From contig CM114271.1 in the NCBI GenBank assembly GCA_050084515.1, forward strand, positions 34,968,001-35,032,000: 64,000 nt of DNA, written 5' to 3'. Both the position numbers and the translations under genes were made by a program. This DNA is from Blasia pusilla. Its lineage: Eukaryota. The notes under the pieces were generated by a model that saw only the letters and a program-made list of their open reading frames with translations, was not told where the DNA came from and searched no databases. Shown here piece by piece: positions 51,175-64,000 of this stretch (positions are counted from its first letter, which is position 1; each line of letters opens with the position of its first letter).

Positions 51175-54100
51175 ATGATAGGCTCGTTGGGAACCTCTCT
51201 GAGTTTCAGCCAAGTTTGTGGATCACGATTTGCGCCCAGAATTTGTGGATCCTTCAGCTGTCCTAATTCTGTGCGCAGTTGCAGGGGAGTGCGTATTTTC
51301 TGCCCTTCTTCAGCTGCAGCGTTTCCTCGCCATGGGTTTTGTGTGACGGGGCCACAGCGACTGTGGCCTGCCAGACAGAGACGGAGGGCCGGAAGAAGAT
51401 GTTTTTTAGATATCAGAGGCGTTTACTCCAATGGAAAAAATGGTCTTAAAAGTAACGCGAAGGGAAAGTCTCCAGATAGTTCCTTAAGCGAGGATGAACC
51501 TCTCCCCCTGCCGATGACTTGGCCCAATTCAGAACCGGATCCAAAAGAGAAAGTTGAGGCTATGTTGAATTGCGACGTCGAGGTGCAGGTGGGACTCCTC
51601 TTCTCTTGAGGATCTTGTTTCGAAATTCTCGCTTATAAGAACCAAAACGTTGGACTAATACATGTGTACCTATCCTTAACTTGCCAGCAGCAGGAGCGTC
51701 ATAGAGGTCCACATTTCGGACCGATATTGCGGTGAATTGTGTCTATGTACAAATGGGGCAATTGGCGTTACCAGTTGCGTATTTGAAAATGAGAATATCG
51801 CCCCTTATGTTCAATTAGCGAGTGCGAGCAGCCCTTCTAGACGCGGGGACTTCTAGCTGACAGTCCTTGTGGCTGCCTCAGCAAAATCACAGACCCCGAG
51901 GCGCGAGGGGGAGGGCTGGGGGAATAGAAGGTGTGCAGGTGGTCGATTACTATGAACTCATTTGGCCGCTGACGAATGTCTCTGCATAGGCAGAATTGTT
52001 ACATTCAAGCGAAAGTGAGTGCCATGGATAGTGGCTCAGACTAGGAGGATTTTAGTCTTTAGAACTACTGTTTCTATTGGGATGGGCTGTTGCAAACGCG
52101 GTTTTTAACAAACACTACATATTGGTGGGGTCTCCAAATAATCTATACTACTAAAAGCACACAGTGCAGGCAGCTGCACGAGCCGGGGAATTAGAAAGTT
52201 TGCAGTTGAGATCGACCACACTCCTGACTAGTACATGGAGTTAAGTTGACCATGTCAAAAGTGTCAGGTGATCAGGAATGCAGCTATGGACTGGTCTTTA
52301 TTCTGAGCCTGTGGTGCACTTCTGCTGTCATTCATCCTTAGTGACACTTCAGACGAACCTGATTCAAGTTCACCTTGCATGAATTGGAAAAAAGAAAACT
52401 TGGATGAAATCCTAGAGTGGTGGAAGTTCATGTTTATTTCGACGTAATGGATCGGAGAGCACCTGCTTTTCCATTCTGCAGAGGCAGGGGACAAGGAATA
52501 CATTTCATGAATTTCTCTGGTGTACCAAGGGTTGAGCTTCTTCAGGATCATAAAAGTAGAGAGTTTTTCGTTCTAGCAGTAGCCTTGAATTTGTTGCTCT
52601 TTGTGCACTTGTCGCGGGTGTCAGTGTTGATTTATTGTTTGGAAACTGTTTGTAATTATCTTGCAGGATTGTAAGGAAGTTGTATATCAATGGACAGGAG
52701 AATGCAAAGCTTGTCAAGGGACGGGTGTGGTGAGCTTTTATCGGAAAAGACATGAGGTTATCAGCACGTGTGTCAACTGCTTAGGATTAGGTACGTCGCT
52801 CCACGTAACGTCCTTACCGCTTAGGAGTGCTAAGATTTACTTGACTGGTTCACATGTGAATGCCTAGTTTTCTGTACTCGGGATGTATGCCTTGGTTTTC
52901 CTTGTTCAATTATATAGGAATTTCTGAGTGGATGCTTCTATTATTTATGTGGTCCTGAAGTATATTGTCACTAAAACTGTAATGTGTATGGTGGTCTGGT
53001 GGAAAGATCCACACCACTTAGGAAATTCTGGAATCAGTTTAGTAATACTTGGTTTCACATCTGCTCCCATTCTGCTGGCTGCAGACCCCTCAACCCACAG
53101 TTTGGTTTCGTTCATCTTCTGAGAAGATGGGACTACATACCAGCGACTTTTATCAACTAACAATCAGCCTTTGTCAGAAACTCCTGGAAGGACTGTATGA
53201 ACTCCTTCGCAGGTATTAATGCTATGAAAAAGTCTTGCTTCTCTTCCTAAGGATATGGGGATATGGCAGGCCTTAAGTAGCAGGCCTTTGCCTATGGACT
53301 CAATTTTCTGGTATATCTGGCCGAGTTCAATTGAATCAAAACTTTTGCCTGTGGTTCAATGAGTGTTTGCACTTTGGTGAAATCAATCTTCGCCTAAATA
53401 TTATGAAATCAACCACTGGTGCCCACCACATGTTGTAAATGGGCAGGTGCAACTTGTATTCCATTACCTACTACAGAATAGGATTTGTGGAAGTAAAAGA
53501 ATAAATTTGCTTTCACCAGAGCACCTTTCCACCACTCAAGTTGCAGACTTCTCAGGAAAACTTTTTAGGAGCCATACTAGTATGGTTGTTTCATCTCTGC
53601 TCTCAGCATTCTTTCATTCCATATCATAGTGTCGATTTGTCTCCCAGGAGCTTGCGACAGATTGGGTGTGGCGCAAGTGTCTAAGCAATATCTCTTTTCA
53701 GAGGATGAAAATCTTTTAGTGTGATTGAGATCCACAAAAGTTAATGTACCTCATTTAGGAAAGAATCCTCCTGTCTATGTCCTCAAATGATCCAGAAAGT
53801 GGTAATGGATTGCTCGATTCCCAGCCGATTATGTAATGTGGCTTTCTAATGAGCATCTCCTGCTTTGATGGTCTACTGGATGTTTTAGAGACGGTTTGTA
53901 GTGATGGAGCTCCTATTTGATTCATTTGGTTCCCACTCAGGTCCTTTTCACCATTTTGTAAGTGATGCCAAACTGAGACTAATCTCTTACACTCAGTACT
54001 ACTTAATGTCCAGTGGTTATTTCTTTCAGATTTATGGTTATGCAGACTCAGGTCATTACGTAGGATTTGATCTCATTCCTTCAACAGTTCACAGCATTTT

Positions 54101-55450
54101 GCCCTGAGCATGGAGAAGTCTCTACCAGAGCCCAATGCACCTCCCATTGGGTGGTCTGTTCACTCTGCTCCATGGGTCTCTCTTGGGAGAAACCTTCATG
54201 TGCCAATGTGTTGGAGTGGGGAAAGCAACAACGTCAGATCTGATCATGGCAGGGTTAAGGGTGTCCCAATGGAGATTCATGGTGTCAAAAGATTGATGAC
54301 TTTTCTGAAGCTTTTTCTGAAGGAATGATGATGATCCTATGTTAATGTGCAAAAGCTTCCAAGGAAATTGCTCTTGTTAGTGCATAAACTTGTACAGTGG
54401 CTGCAAAGAATGACTTCACACAATTTGCCAATCCATGTTCTGCCAATAAGCACTAGCAAAGATCTGATGGAAGAACCGCAAGTCTGTATCAGATGGGACC
54501 CTCATCAGAAGAGTTGGTTGAGAGGGAGCCCACAGAGCATGAGGGTGCGGGAAATCACAAGAAGATTCTGCACCTTCAAAAATGTTCAAATATCAACCAT
54601 CGTCTGAATAAGCTTCAGACATTTCAGCCTCCATATTTATTTAGCAAGTGTGGCGGCACTCGAGGCATTCTGATGTAGCTCATTAGACTGATTGTAATGG
54701 GGAAGTGCAATGTCTACAGAGTATGTAGACATTTCGTTTCAGGGGGACTGGATGATGAAGAGTCAACTATGAGAGCATAACCCTCAGCAGAACCTCAGAG
54801 ATCTTGCCAGATCCCGGGTGAGTGTGACCCCATCCTTGGATTTGGCGTCCCTGTTTAACTCCTACCATATCCTCTTGCTTAGTATTGATTATTAAAAACT
54901 TTTAATGTTGTAGAATTATGCACAGTTCTAGCGCTGGCTCACCCAAAATCTCTATCAGAAATCAGTCTTTTACAATGGACAGATATGATGGAGTTCTCAG
55001 CATTCTTGACGCTGAACTTGAAGAATTCCGTGCCATGGAGTCAACCGCCTATGGCCTGAGGAGTGCTTTCTTCAAGGCACATTGTCCTAGTCTAGTGGTA
55101 GAGAACAAGGTGCTTGTTGATGTCAGCTCCAGGTGGTTGGAAATGGCAGGGTTGTTGACTGGTCTCCTGGAATGATAGTAGACAATGGTGGAGATTTTGA
55201 CCTTACATAATCGCTCTGTTTCTTGGTTTCCCATCTGAGGTTCAGTGCGTAGATATGTGGAACTTACCATGGTATATGACCTGTAATGACCAGCAGATCG
55301 TCACTACACACTCTTTTGATAAGCATCAGTTTTCAACATGCAGGGTCTGTCCATAAAATCACAGCTAGGGCTGATATCCAAAATATGGATGGCTTGAATG
55401 GGAGTGTGAGACGGTCAAATGGGAGTGCTGGAGCTGATGACGAGGCATGA
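51175..55450 (+). CDS. SCO2: SCO2/CYO1 chloroplast DnaJ-like zinc-finger protein disulfide isomerase; exons 51175-51588, 52667-52790, 55344-55450 (214 aa)
   Basis: Transit-peptide-like N-terminus, then PLPLPMTWP...NCDVEVQ|DCKEVVYQWTGECKACQGTG...CVNCLGLG|SVHKITARADIQNMD, matching the SCO2 signature. Junctions are in phase. Confidence 0.9.
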
Positions 55451-57899
55451 TTCAGTAGGCACATCCAGCATCGTGTTGGTTTGACAGACTCACATGTCAC
55501 AATAAGTCTTTGATGGAGTAACCAGATTCCCAATCTTTGAGCAATTGTCTGGTGCTGGAGAGGACTCTCATGCAAAGATCCTGAGAAACAGAGTGATAAA
55601 TGGGACCATGGGTACCGACTCCTGATGGCTGTCCAGCTTCAAGAAAGTGATCTTTGTCTTTGATTCAGTTGCAGGTAATGAACCTGTCCAAGCTGGTCAA
55701 AGTAGCCGATGCTCGAGTTCAATAAATATTGGATATGGATAAGCTTTGTTTTCCATTTTTTAATATCAGGTAGTCTGAATGCGAAAGTGCTGAATCTCAC
55801 CCTAGCTTGTGACTGACATCATCACACCGACCACAGATGCTTCATTGTACCAAACTTTCCCAGGCGACAATCATGCCATGTTTGTTTCAGGGCTTCTTTT
55901 CCTCAACTGTAACATCAATTATGCTTTAGAGCAGAAAATTTCTCCAGAAATTTTCCAATGCTATCTATCACCATGAAATCGGCACGGAGAGCGGATCCTA
56001 CACGGATTGATGCTAGCGCTCTATTCTTCTCCCTATTTGGAACTCATTAGAAATGTACAGGTTCAAAATTTTCTGGGTAACCATAGGAGACAGAAGCGAA
56101 ATGGTTTTATCTGAAGTCTAAGGCGGCGTTGCATTGAGAGAACGGTCTTAAGAAATAAGAATCAGTGTCAGAGGGCCGCGAGGGCATTTTGAAAGCTTAG
56201 GATGCACGGATAGCTCCAAACTGGAAGTATACTTCCTTGAGCTGGAAGTAGATGTGGGACTAGGTCATACCCAGGGTTTTTGGCCTTTGAGGCAGGTATT
56301 TGCATAGAAAAATGACTGATTGGAACAACTCCCACGTGGAAAATAGCAGGCACCAAAGTAGGAGAGAAATAAAACATCAATATGCTTGACTACTCCATTG
56401 ATTTGTAATATTTGCCATGTTATGACATAACAGGAGATGTATTCCCGTGCATTGGAAACCAATGTTCCAAAACTCAAAAAGAACTCTGCTTTTAATAGAG
56501 GAAATTGAAAAAGAGAGAATTTAAGTTTACTTATAAAGTTTAATTTTTTTTGTTCCAAGTTAATTGCTGAATCAAAATAATTTTAATCTCCTTAATATTG
56601 TCATATGTACTCATTATATTTTTTATCCTAAAACTAATTTGACTTTTTTCCCAAATGTTAAGTTTCCAATCTTAGGTCCTCCCATTTTCAGATTTGTCCT
56701 CAACTTATTTAAATGTACCTATTTGAAAATTTCAAAATTTAGAAATGTAACCTTTTGTTGGGAGGGAAATTTGTAATTGGATTATTGAAAAAAAGACTTG
56801 ATTTTGGATATCAAGAATTACTCTTCCAAAAGAATCTTTTTATACTCCAATTTCTGCGCCACTTTGTTTGGCTCAATGAGGAGGGGAACCAAGGGCATAG
56901 GATTGGATCTCCACATTGTTCGAAATTTGGATCATTCTTAATTCCACTACTCCTTTCGTGAATATACTTATAGATCCTTAAATGCAATTTCACAAATGGA
57001 GATGTTCATGGTTACAATTAGATCAAAGGGTTCCTATGGTGTTACCTTGATCTTTTGATACATGGTGGGTTCAGCATTATGTCATCATCCCTTCATCCTT
57101 CATGTTAGTCATGGATGGATGACTTTCATTTGCTTCTCACATCTTCTTTTGTGCGTTTTCAATTCCTTTAGTTACTCTTTTCAAGTATGAGCTTTTTATG
57201 ATGCCGAGCTAGCTCTTTCCATATAAAGAGGGGCTTCGAATATTTCTTCCTTCTCCATTGGTGTTTATTTTTGTATGCAGATCTGGTTGTGTTTATTTCT
57301 CTCACGCGCTTTTCTTTCTTTTTTAACAATGATCCTGACTACTTTGCTTCTGCCAATATATGCTATCTTCTTCAAGGCTTTTAGATTCATACTCTTGTGC
57401 CAGTTTTTTGAAAACATATATGGCACACCTTTTTTTCTTCCTATGAGGTTCAATTCCTTCTTGTTGTTTTTAAGTGATTTTCAATCATAAACTCACTTTT
57501 CTTAACCCCAATTTCCTTGATTTAAATCTATTATGGATGAGATACTCCCTTTATATTGGCTCATATCCTTCTAATTTTCATATTATTATGCTTTATGATG
57601 TTCCCTCTTCTCTTGAATCTCAAATATCATGTCTATATTGGATTCTATTGTCATGGAGTTGGACGATCCATCTCCTTGTTTATTTGATCTTACATGTCCT
57701 CCTTTAGGCTTAACCTCTGCTCATTGAGGATCTCGTTGTTTACCTTTTGATACTCTCATTATCCTCCCTAAATTTCTTTCCTATCCTTCTTTTAGATCCT
57801 CTCCCTTTTTTCCTACTCTTGATAATCTCAATCTATTGTTATTGAATCTTTCCATCATTACAGCATTTCCATAGAATCTTCCTCGTCATTGCATTCCTA

Positions 57900-58800
57900 T
57901 TGCTCTTTGTCCTCTCATCCAACCAACATTGCTTTTCCTATTAAAAAGGTTAGTGCGTGATGCCAAAATTATCAATGTGAGGTGTCTTCTATTAACCTTC
58001 TTCCAATGGGTTTTAGCTCTCCTTCTAAGGGGAGGTGCCACGGGTTGTTACAAAATCTCCGTGTGTATTCAATGGTTTACATGTTAGGATTAGGTGAATC
58101 TTCAAAATGAGCACTTGCTTTGAGAGAAGGCATAAGCAATTGCTCATGCTACTAATTGTGGCCATTATGGGAGGTCTTTAACTCAAAAATGTCTTAAACG
58201 TAGTCTAATCTTAGGGCAGTTGGTAAGTTTTTGTGTATGGCTCAAGCATTGAATGAATTTGGGACCTCTTTTACATTCAATTCCAAGTGCAGATATAGAG
58301 ACGTTCTTAGAAGCTCTTCACTCTCCATCAAATGGGAATGCGTTATCTTTTGTGAAGATCATACGACAAATCTTGATTTGAAGGCTTTCACAAGGGAGTT
58401 CTTTCAGAATCCTTGCTTGTCAACAAGCAGATTTTAGAAAATTTTTGAACATTTACACGCTATTTCTTAATCTCAAAAAATTTTGTAAGTGGGTTTTTCT
58501 CTCATTATAAAGCGTGTGCACACATTGCGACATGTCATCTTTTGTATTTTATCTTCAAGTTGCTAGGTGCTAGTTGTTTATTGATTATGGATAAGCTTTA
58601 TTCTAGCATTTTCACTTTGCTGTTTTACAGAGACCATATTGGTTAGATAGTCTATCCATTTCATTGTATTTTCATTCCTATTTCCATGATCAATTATTTT
58701 TGCACTGGTTTAGAGTGGTCATACCTAATGGTTGTGAGGTAGTGATTCATGGGATTGGGTCCACTCTAAATATTCATCTAAATTGGATTATTTGGACACA
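57900..58800 (+). mobile_element. Highly degenerate RT-region fragment of a CRE-like non-LTR retrotransposon
   Basis: LLGASCLLIMDK and FRVVIPNGCEVVIHGIGSTLNIHLNWII resemble LLGASRLLALxK and QFGVxxxGGCExVVHGIRxxLDxHPDWV. Confidence 0.6.
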
Positions 58801-59103
58801 ACTTTATCTTGAGTGGCTGGATGAGGTTAGTTATAGATGCTTTGGTGCATCTGTAATAGTATTGGCATTTCTTTTGAACATCTATTTTTTGATTTTGGAT
58901 CAAGTAATTTGTTGACTAAGCCAAGGATCATCCAACAACATGTATGTGCACGTTCCTAATTTTGGATATGTTTAGGGGGAGATTTATTTCCTCATAGATC
59001 ATCGCATCAAGTCTAGGGATCATCTTGAGGGAGTTGGGTTGACAAAGATAGTAACACAGATGATAAAGAGAGTTACAAAAGTATGGTTTGTAATAATTAC
59101 ATA

Positions 59104-59531
59104 CTAGTAAGATATCCGTGCGATGCACGGGAAACAAAAAAGTGTTTGAAGAGCTAGGGTATAGCGCGTGAAGGGAAGAGATTAATGATGCTTCATATAA
59201 ATTCAAATTTTTTTTCTTGCTGCCTATAGCATGTGAGACATTTTCTTGCTGCCCACTTGCCACGTTTCAAATAGAGAGGTGTTTGCAAATCAAGAAGGCA
59301 CTCTCCCACAATAATATAGATAAGGTGCCCATGCAATGTGCGCGAAATAAAAAATTGTTTGAAGAGCTAGTGTATAGCCCGTGAAGGAAAGAGATTAATG
59401 ACGTTGCACATAAATTCAAAGTTTTTCTTGCTGCCCGTAACATGTGAAACATTCTCTTGTTGCCCAATTGCCTCGTGTCAAGCAGAGAGGTGTTTGCAAA
59501 TCAAGAAGGCACTCTCCCATAATAATATAGA
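59104..59531 (-). mobile_element. Head-to-tail dimer of a non-autonomous Helitron (units 59531-59321 and 59320-59104)
   Basis: On the minus strand: A|TCTATATTATT start, CCGTGC-ATC-GCACGG hairpin ~9 nt before the terminal CTAG|T, and no TSD. Confidence 0.9.
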
Positions 59532-59759
59532 TGAGAGAGTGGAATCTATAATTTCCATGGTTGGCTAAGACCTTATGGGGTATCGCTTTACTCGCAAGAT
59601 ATTCTTAGCATCATTTTTATTGTATTTTTTCCTTTAGGGGATCTTGAGTGCTCGGATTACTTGCAACTCTTTGATGTGACATGGTACATGTGATGCATTG
59701 CTCGCATCCAAATATTTGGATGTGAGCATGTTCTAATAAGGAAGAGATTTTTCATTGAG

Positions 59760-60292
59760 TTATACCCACAATATCTTAGAACTTGGCTATTGCTCAACAT
59801 ATAGATACATTGACCAATCATGAACAAAGATAATGTCCAAATATTTGGAGATTGTATCTTAGAGATTATGTGTACTTACATCAGATCACACTGATGATGC
59901 TAAATATTAATCCAGGGCACATGATTTTGCGCGTGCCTGAGGTGTTACATATTGGAGTCCTCATGTTGGAGGGGCAACAAAGTATAATTTGGAAAGATCA
60001 TGAGCACAACTCCATGCCATGCTATCTTTTGAATGTGGATGGTATTAGAGTGTGGATTTTCTCATGGTAGAGGATGGACATGGCTTGATGACCATATGTA
60101 GATTCAAGATTGGAGTTGGATGTGTGTCATTTTTTACTTTGATTTTGTTGTGTGTTCTTAGTATACTTGTGTGACTGTATTTTAACTTTAAGTCTTTACA
60201 AACCTATCCTTGTGTTGGAAAGATCAATGGTGTCTTTTTAAGTGGATGTGAACAACAACATAGATTCTATAGCGATGTGTATACGTATGACA
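59760..60292 (+). mobile_element. Ty3/gypsy integrase C-terminal remnant fused to the 3' part of an LTR of the 46782 family
   Basis: LAIAQH.DTL, DYVYLHQ..GHMILRVPEVLHIGVLMLEG..IWKDHEHNSMPCYLLNVDG, followed by LTR similarity ending AGCGATGTGTATACGTATGACA. Confidence 0.75.
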
Positions 60293-61299
60293 CCTCCTTC
60301 TCAATTAAGTAGTTCAATATTATATCTATTTTCACTACAACGTCCATAAGAATTTTGCGAGTCTGAGAAGTTGTAAATTGGTCTTGCATAGCCGCAATGA
60401 GATCACAAACTTTCAAGTTCAAGACTCGTGGTATAGTAGCAAAGGTACTAGTTCGACTCACCTTTTGTGTCTCTTGCACAAGTCAAAATTTTGAATTTAT
60501 TTTACATGTTACATAGTCAAAATTAAGTTGTACTTGGTTCTCAATAGACTCGCATGGTACTTGAAAAAGATTGCTCAAATTTGGCATCTTTGCAATCCAA
60601 TTACATCTTTTTTGTATGTTTGATACATGTCTAACTTGAGAGATAGTCACAAGGTAATTGCAAAAAGCTTACGGGTTTACATTTCAAATTTCTTTTGGTG
60701 CGTGCGCAATTTCATACATCTGTACAAAAATACTAATGGTGCAAGATAAGTTTTTAATTTTTATGTAGATGTCAAATTTCACAAAATCAATGCGGAGTGC
60801 AATGAGTAGATGCTGGTGTGTACCTAATGTGCCTCATATGTGAGGCACCATTCACCATGTAAAAGGACTAGTGCTCGAAATTGCAAGAAAGTACCTAGTT
60901 AGTCATTTGAAGATGTAAAAGAACCTAACTAACTCAACGTTCATTCCTTGGGTGCTATAAGGTAGGAGATAATTGCAAAGGCATTTCAAAGTGCCTCATG
61001 ACCACCCTATCCAAAGGAATGAGTTCCCTTTGGCGTAAAGGCGTGAGGATGACTTCATTAACCTCTAGTGGTCCACTTGCTCTCTCCTAGGGGACTCTCA
61101 TGCTGGTGCAAGCTCCATCCTCAAAATATTAATCCATGATCCTACTATGACATCCGTGATGGGAGTCCACGAGTGTCCGTCTTGGAGTCCCCCCTCCCTA
61201 CCACTCACTACTCTTCCTTCTTCATAGTCCATGCCAATACGAGAAAAAATCTGAGAGGAAAATGACCTTGCAAGAGGATAGTCTCAAAATTGGACTCGC

Positions 61300-62280
61300 A
61301 AAGTAGTCATCTTGTCCCAAAAAAACTCTAAAAGGACCAGTGTCAACCCCTCCATCCCTAGTAGAGTTTGTGAAGCAACTCTCTATCTTAAATCTTCAAG
61401 TCCAATATGGTAGATGTCGGATATGGTCTCCTTTATGCTTTCCTTCAATATTCATCCCACCTAGTTCTGATTTTACCATCTATATTGAAGATGCTTGAGA
61501 TCTTGGTGCCCTAATTGGCTTTATCTACTATATGTCAAAGTTCTTGGATAAGACCCTTTTTAAGAGAATATTATCTTGTCTATAGGATCCTCAAGTGGCT
61601 TTTCCTAATTTTTTTAATGTCTTTTCTAGGTTTTTTTGGCACAAGTCCTCCTACCTCATAATTCTTATATTGGTTGGCTTCTTCCAATCCTTCTATCATG
61701 GCAACATTTAATCACTTCTTGGTCTTTGATTAAATAATTTTGATGGAGATGATGATACCTTGGATTGGTCATACGCTATCTTGCTTACTTCTTTTGGATA
61801 TGCAAGCCTTTGATTCATAATCACGAGAGCACTAACAAGGTTTTTTTTTGGGAGTTGGGCTTTGGTTACCCCTATCATGACTACAAGGTTTCTCCAACTT
61901 AAAGGAGACACATATCTTGTTAGATATCGATCCTGTGGCCCATATTCCAACAAAAATTGAGATCTTCCTATGCTCTTTTCCTATTTGTTACGAAAGAAAA
62001 ATTCTAACCCCTTTCAATCAATTGATTATAAAAGGGCTTAATTGATTGCAACTTACAAGAGCTTTCACTTTGAGAATTTACACCAAATCAAGTTTTTATA
62101 GCATTGTCTTTAAGGCAACCTCTTATACTCATCAAGCTTGTTTGCATTTATTGGGAATATGTCTTATTTCAAATCCTCTTATTCTTCCATTAATCTTTTG
62201 TGAATTATATTCTAAACTTCACTACAGTTTTTGCCTCGGACTTCCTCATCCTTCTCTTCTAGGTATGCCTAACTATGTAT
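61300..62280 (-). mobile_element. Possible very decayed LTR-retrotransposon pol remnant
   Basis: Only a weak LPKKNLVSALVI motif (cf. LKxxLxSAPVL, RT connection region). Confidence 0.3.
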
Positions 62281-63842
62281 GAAAGGAGCCTATTATTACC
62301 AAGGATATCAATATTCTTTGATGTGCACATGGTCGAGAACGAACGATGATCCATGATTTGATTAGAGAGGCAATATCATCACTGGCTCGTACGATTCCAC
62401 GAAAACGGACATGTGCATGAAGATGCCCAATGGGTCCCCCTCTTGGGCTCAAGACGCGAGAACGGGTGCAAGCTTAGATTAAGGAAGGAGGGCAAGAATC
62501 GGCCGGCACGAAGTCCACACAAGCCCGCGTAGGGCGAGCTTGGGCCCGAGTGAGGCGGGTTGTGGTCTGCGAAGGGTGGGTTGCGGTCCCGAGTCTGCCC
62601 TACGCGGGCCTATTGCAAGCCAACGCGACTTAAGGCACGCCGGTACGGACTACAAAATGGGCGACGGGTGCTTAGACTGGGTGCGAGCTCGCCGAGCCAG
62701 CCTACAACCAGCCTGTGCTCTGTGTGTGCCCCTCTTGCGTCTAGCCCGCACCCCTCCTATGCGGGCTAGATGCTGGATGCGAGTCCTCACAGCCAATGCA
62801 GAACAAACGCGGGCCAAGAAAAAAGAAAAGAAAAAGGGTCTAGCTTGTGCGAGCTAGGATTGCAGGAAGGATGCAATGTAGGATCTAGAGTGGGGAGGGC
62901 AGGTTCGAGTGCGAGATGTGAGCGGTTGGGCCCGCACGGACATGTGCGTCCCTAGGACAGACATAAGTCCGCATGCGACCTTGGGATACTCGCGCCTGCA
63001 TAGACATGTCCATCCTAGGGACAAACCTAAGTTTGCGCACATGGACATGTCTAATGGTTGGTCACATGTAAATGGACCAAGAGCAAGGTCATTATCCAAA
63101 ATTCCACTATTTGGATTTGCAGTAATTCTATAAATAAAATATCACGTTCAATTTTCAAGGTATTGCATTTTCATGATACAAAATATCTTATCCCTAATAA
63201 ACCCTTTCATAAAAAAATCCACCATTTTTTAATTTCCATCCCTCTAATTTGAGTGAAAGAAAAGAACTTCCGAACCTGAAATGCACGATTTTGGACGCGT
63301 GGGACCTATCGGCCGCGGTCATTCGCCAGAATGCAGGAAGTCGGGAAAAGACAGGCATCTGGAAAAGTATCTCGGCGGAGATCTTTTCCCGGACAGGGAG
63401 CAGACACAGTCTCGTGACGCGGAAGTAAGCCTAGAACATTCGGTGTACCTGCCCTATGTGTGTGAGCCTTTTGGCGACGTAACGGAAATGACCACTTCTG
63501 AAGTCGCCTTGCGTGCGTCTAACGAGCACGAGGAGGGAAGTGGCGAATAACAGTTTGTGACGTGCGGGAAGGAGGGAAAAAAAAAAAAGAAAAAAAAAAA
63601 GGAAGGAGGGAAACGGATCTAAACGTGTCCTCTCCCTCGGGACTCGCGCGAAGCTCATGCGTGCGGGAAATCGTCGAGAATCGAGTTATGACCAAATCTA
63701 ACGAGGGAGGGAGGGGTGACGATCATGAGGAGTGTCGCACCATTATGACACCGACGGGCAGACAGTAGTACTTCACTTATCCTCTTGTTTTCAAGAATCC
63801 AATTTCTCCCTCGCTCAGATCGGTGGAGTCCGGTGAACGTCA

Positions 63843-63868
63843 GGAGGAGGAGGAGGAGGAGGAGGAGG
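63843..63868 (+). repeat. (GGA)n microsatellite in a probable 5' leader of a gene continuing beyond the window
   Basis: The repeat is seen directly. The leader context is inferred from the GC-rich surroundings. Confidence 0.6.
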
Positions 63869-64000
63869 GGAAGACAGGAGCTTCTAAGATACCCGCTTCA
63901 GTCTCCAGATGTCCCGAGGGAGCGCATTCGGCAGCCTCGGCGTTGGGGACCGGGTCAGGGCGATCGTGATTCGTGATGTGATACCGTCAACGAAGTGCAT

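Noticed and set aside
55240-55287. Alternative last exon for SCO2
   Set aside because: The exon at 55344 matches the conserved GxVxKITARxDI tail far better.
62340-63100. GC-rich block with ORFs and GGACATGT motifs as a gene or DNA transposon
   Set aside because: No protein motif, TIR pair or TSD could be established.

Overview
Eukaryotic nuclear DNA with GT-AG introns and dense transposon content, most likely from a non-seed land plant. The bryophyte-like placement is inferred from the Ty3/gypsy and CRE-like element types. Four host genes can be reconstructed exon by exon. (1) An APO-family RNA-binding protein (+20793-23000), with a 1-bp frameshift in a GAA microsatellite. (2) A RING(C3HC4)-coiled-coil-7xWD40 protein (-31608-27109), visible only when two separate ORFs are spliced together. 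(3) FANCF (-36787-34064). (4) SCO2/CYO1 (+51175-55450). A dead copy of the RING exon and its upstream region lies 11 kb away. The first 13 kb hold a decayed Mutator-like element. It carries a pseudogenised MULE/SWIM transposase, a convergent accessory gene with a canonical C2H2 finger, a captured proteasome alpha5 exon-intron-exon fragment and short motif arrays. It also has a ~310-bp-arm inverted duplication of its own accessory exon, a Mu-killer-like hairpin. The rest of the window contains a 1-kb LTR-derived palindrome, gypsy gag-protease and integrase-tail remnants, a degenerate LINE, CRE-like non-LTR fragments, a ~200-bp non-autonomous Helitron family (including a head-to-tail dimer) and a Tourist-like MITE. 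All family calls come from motif recognition by eye. No searches were run.
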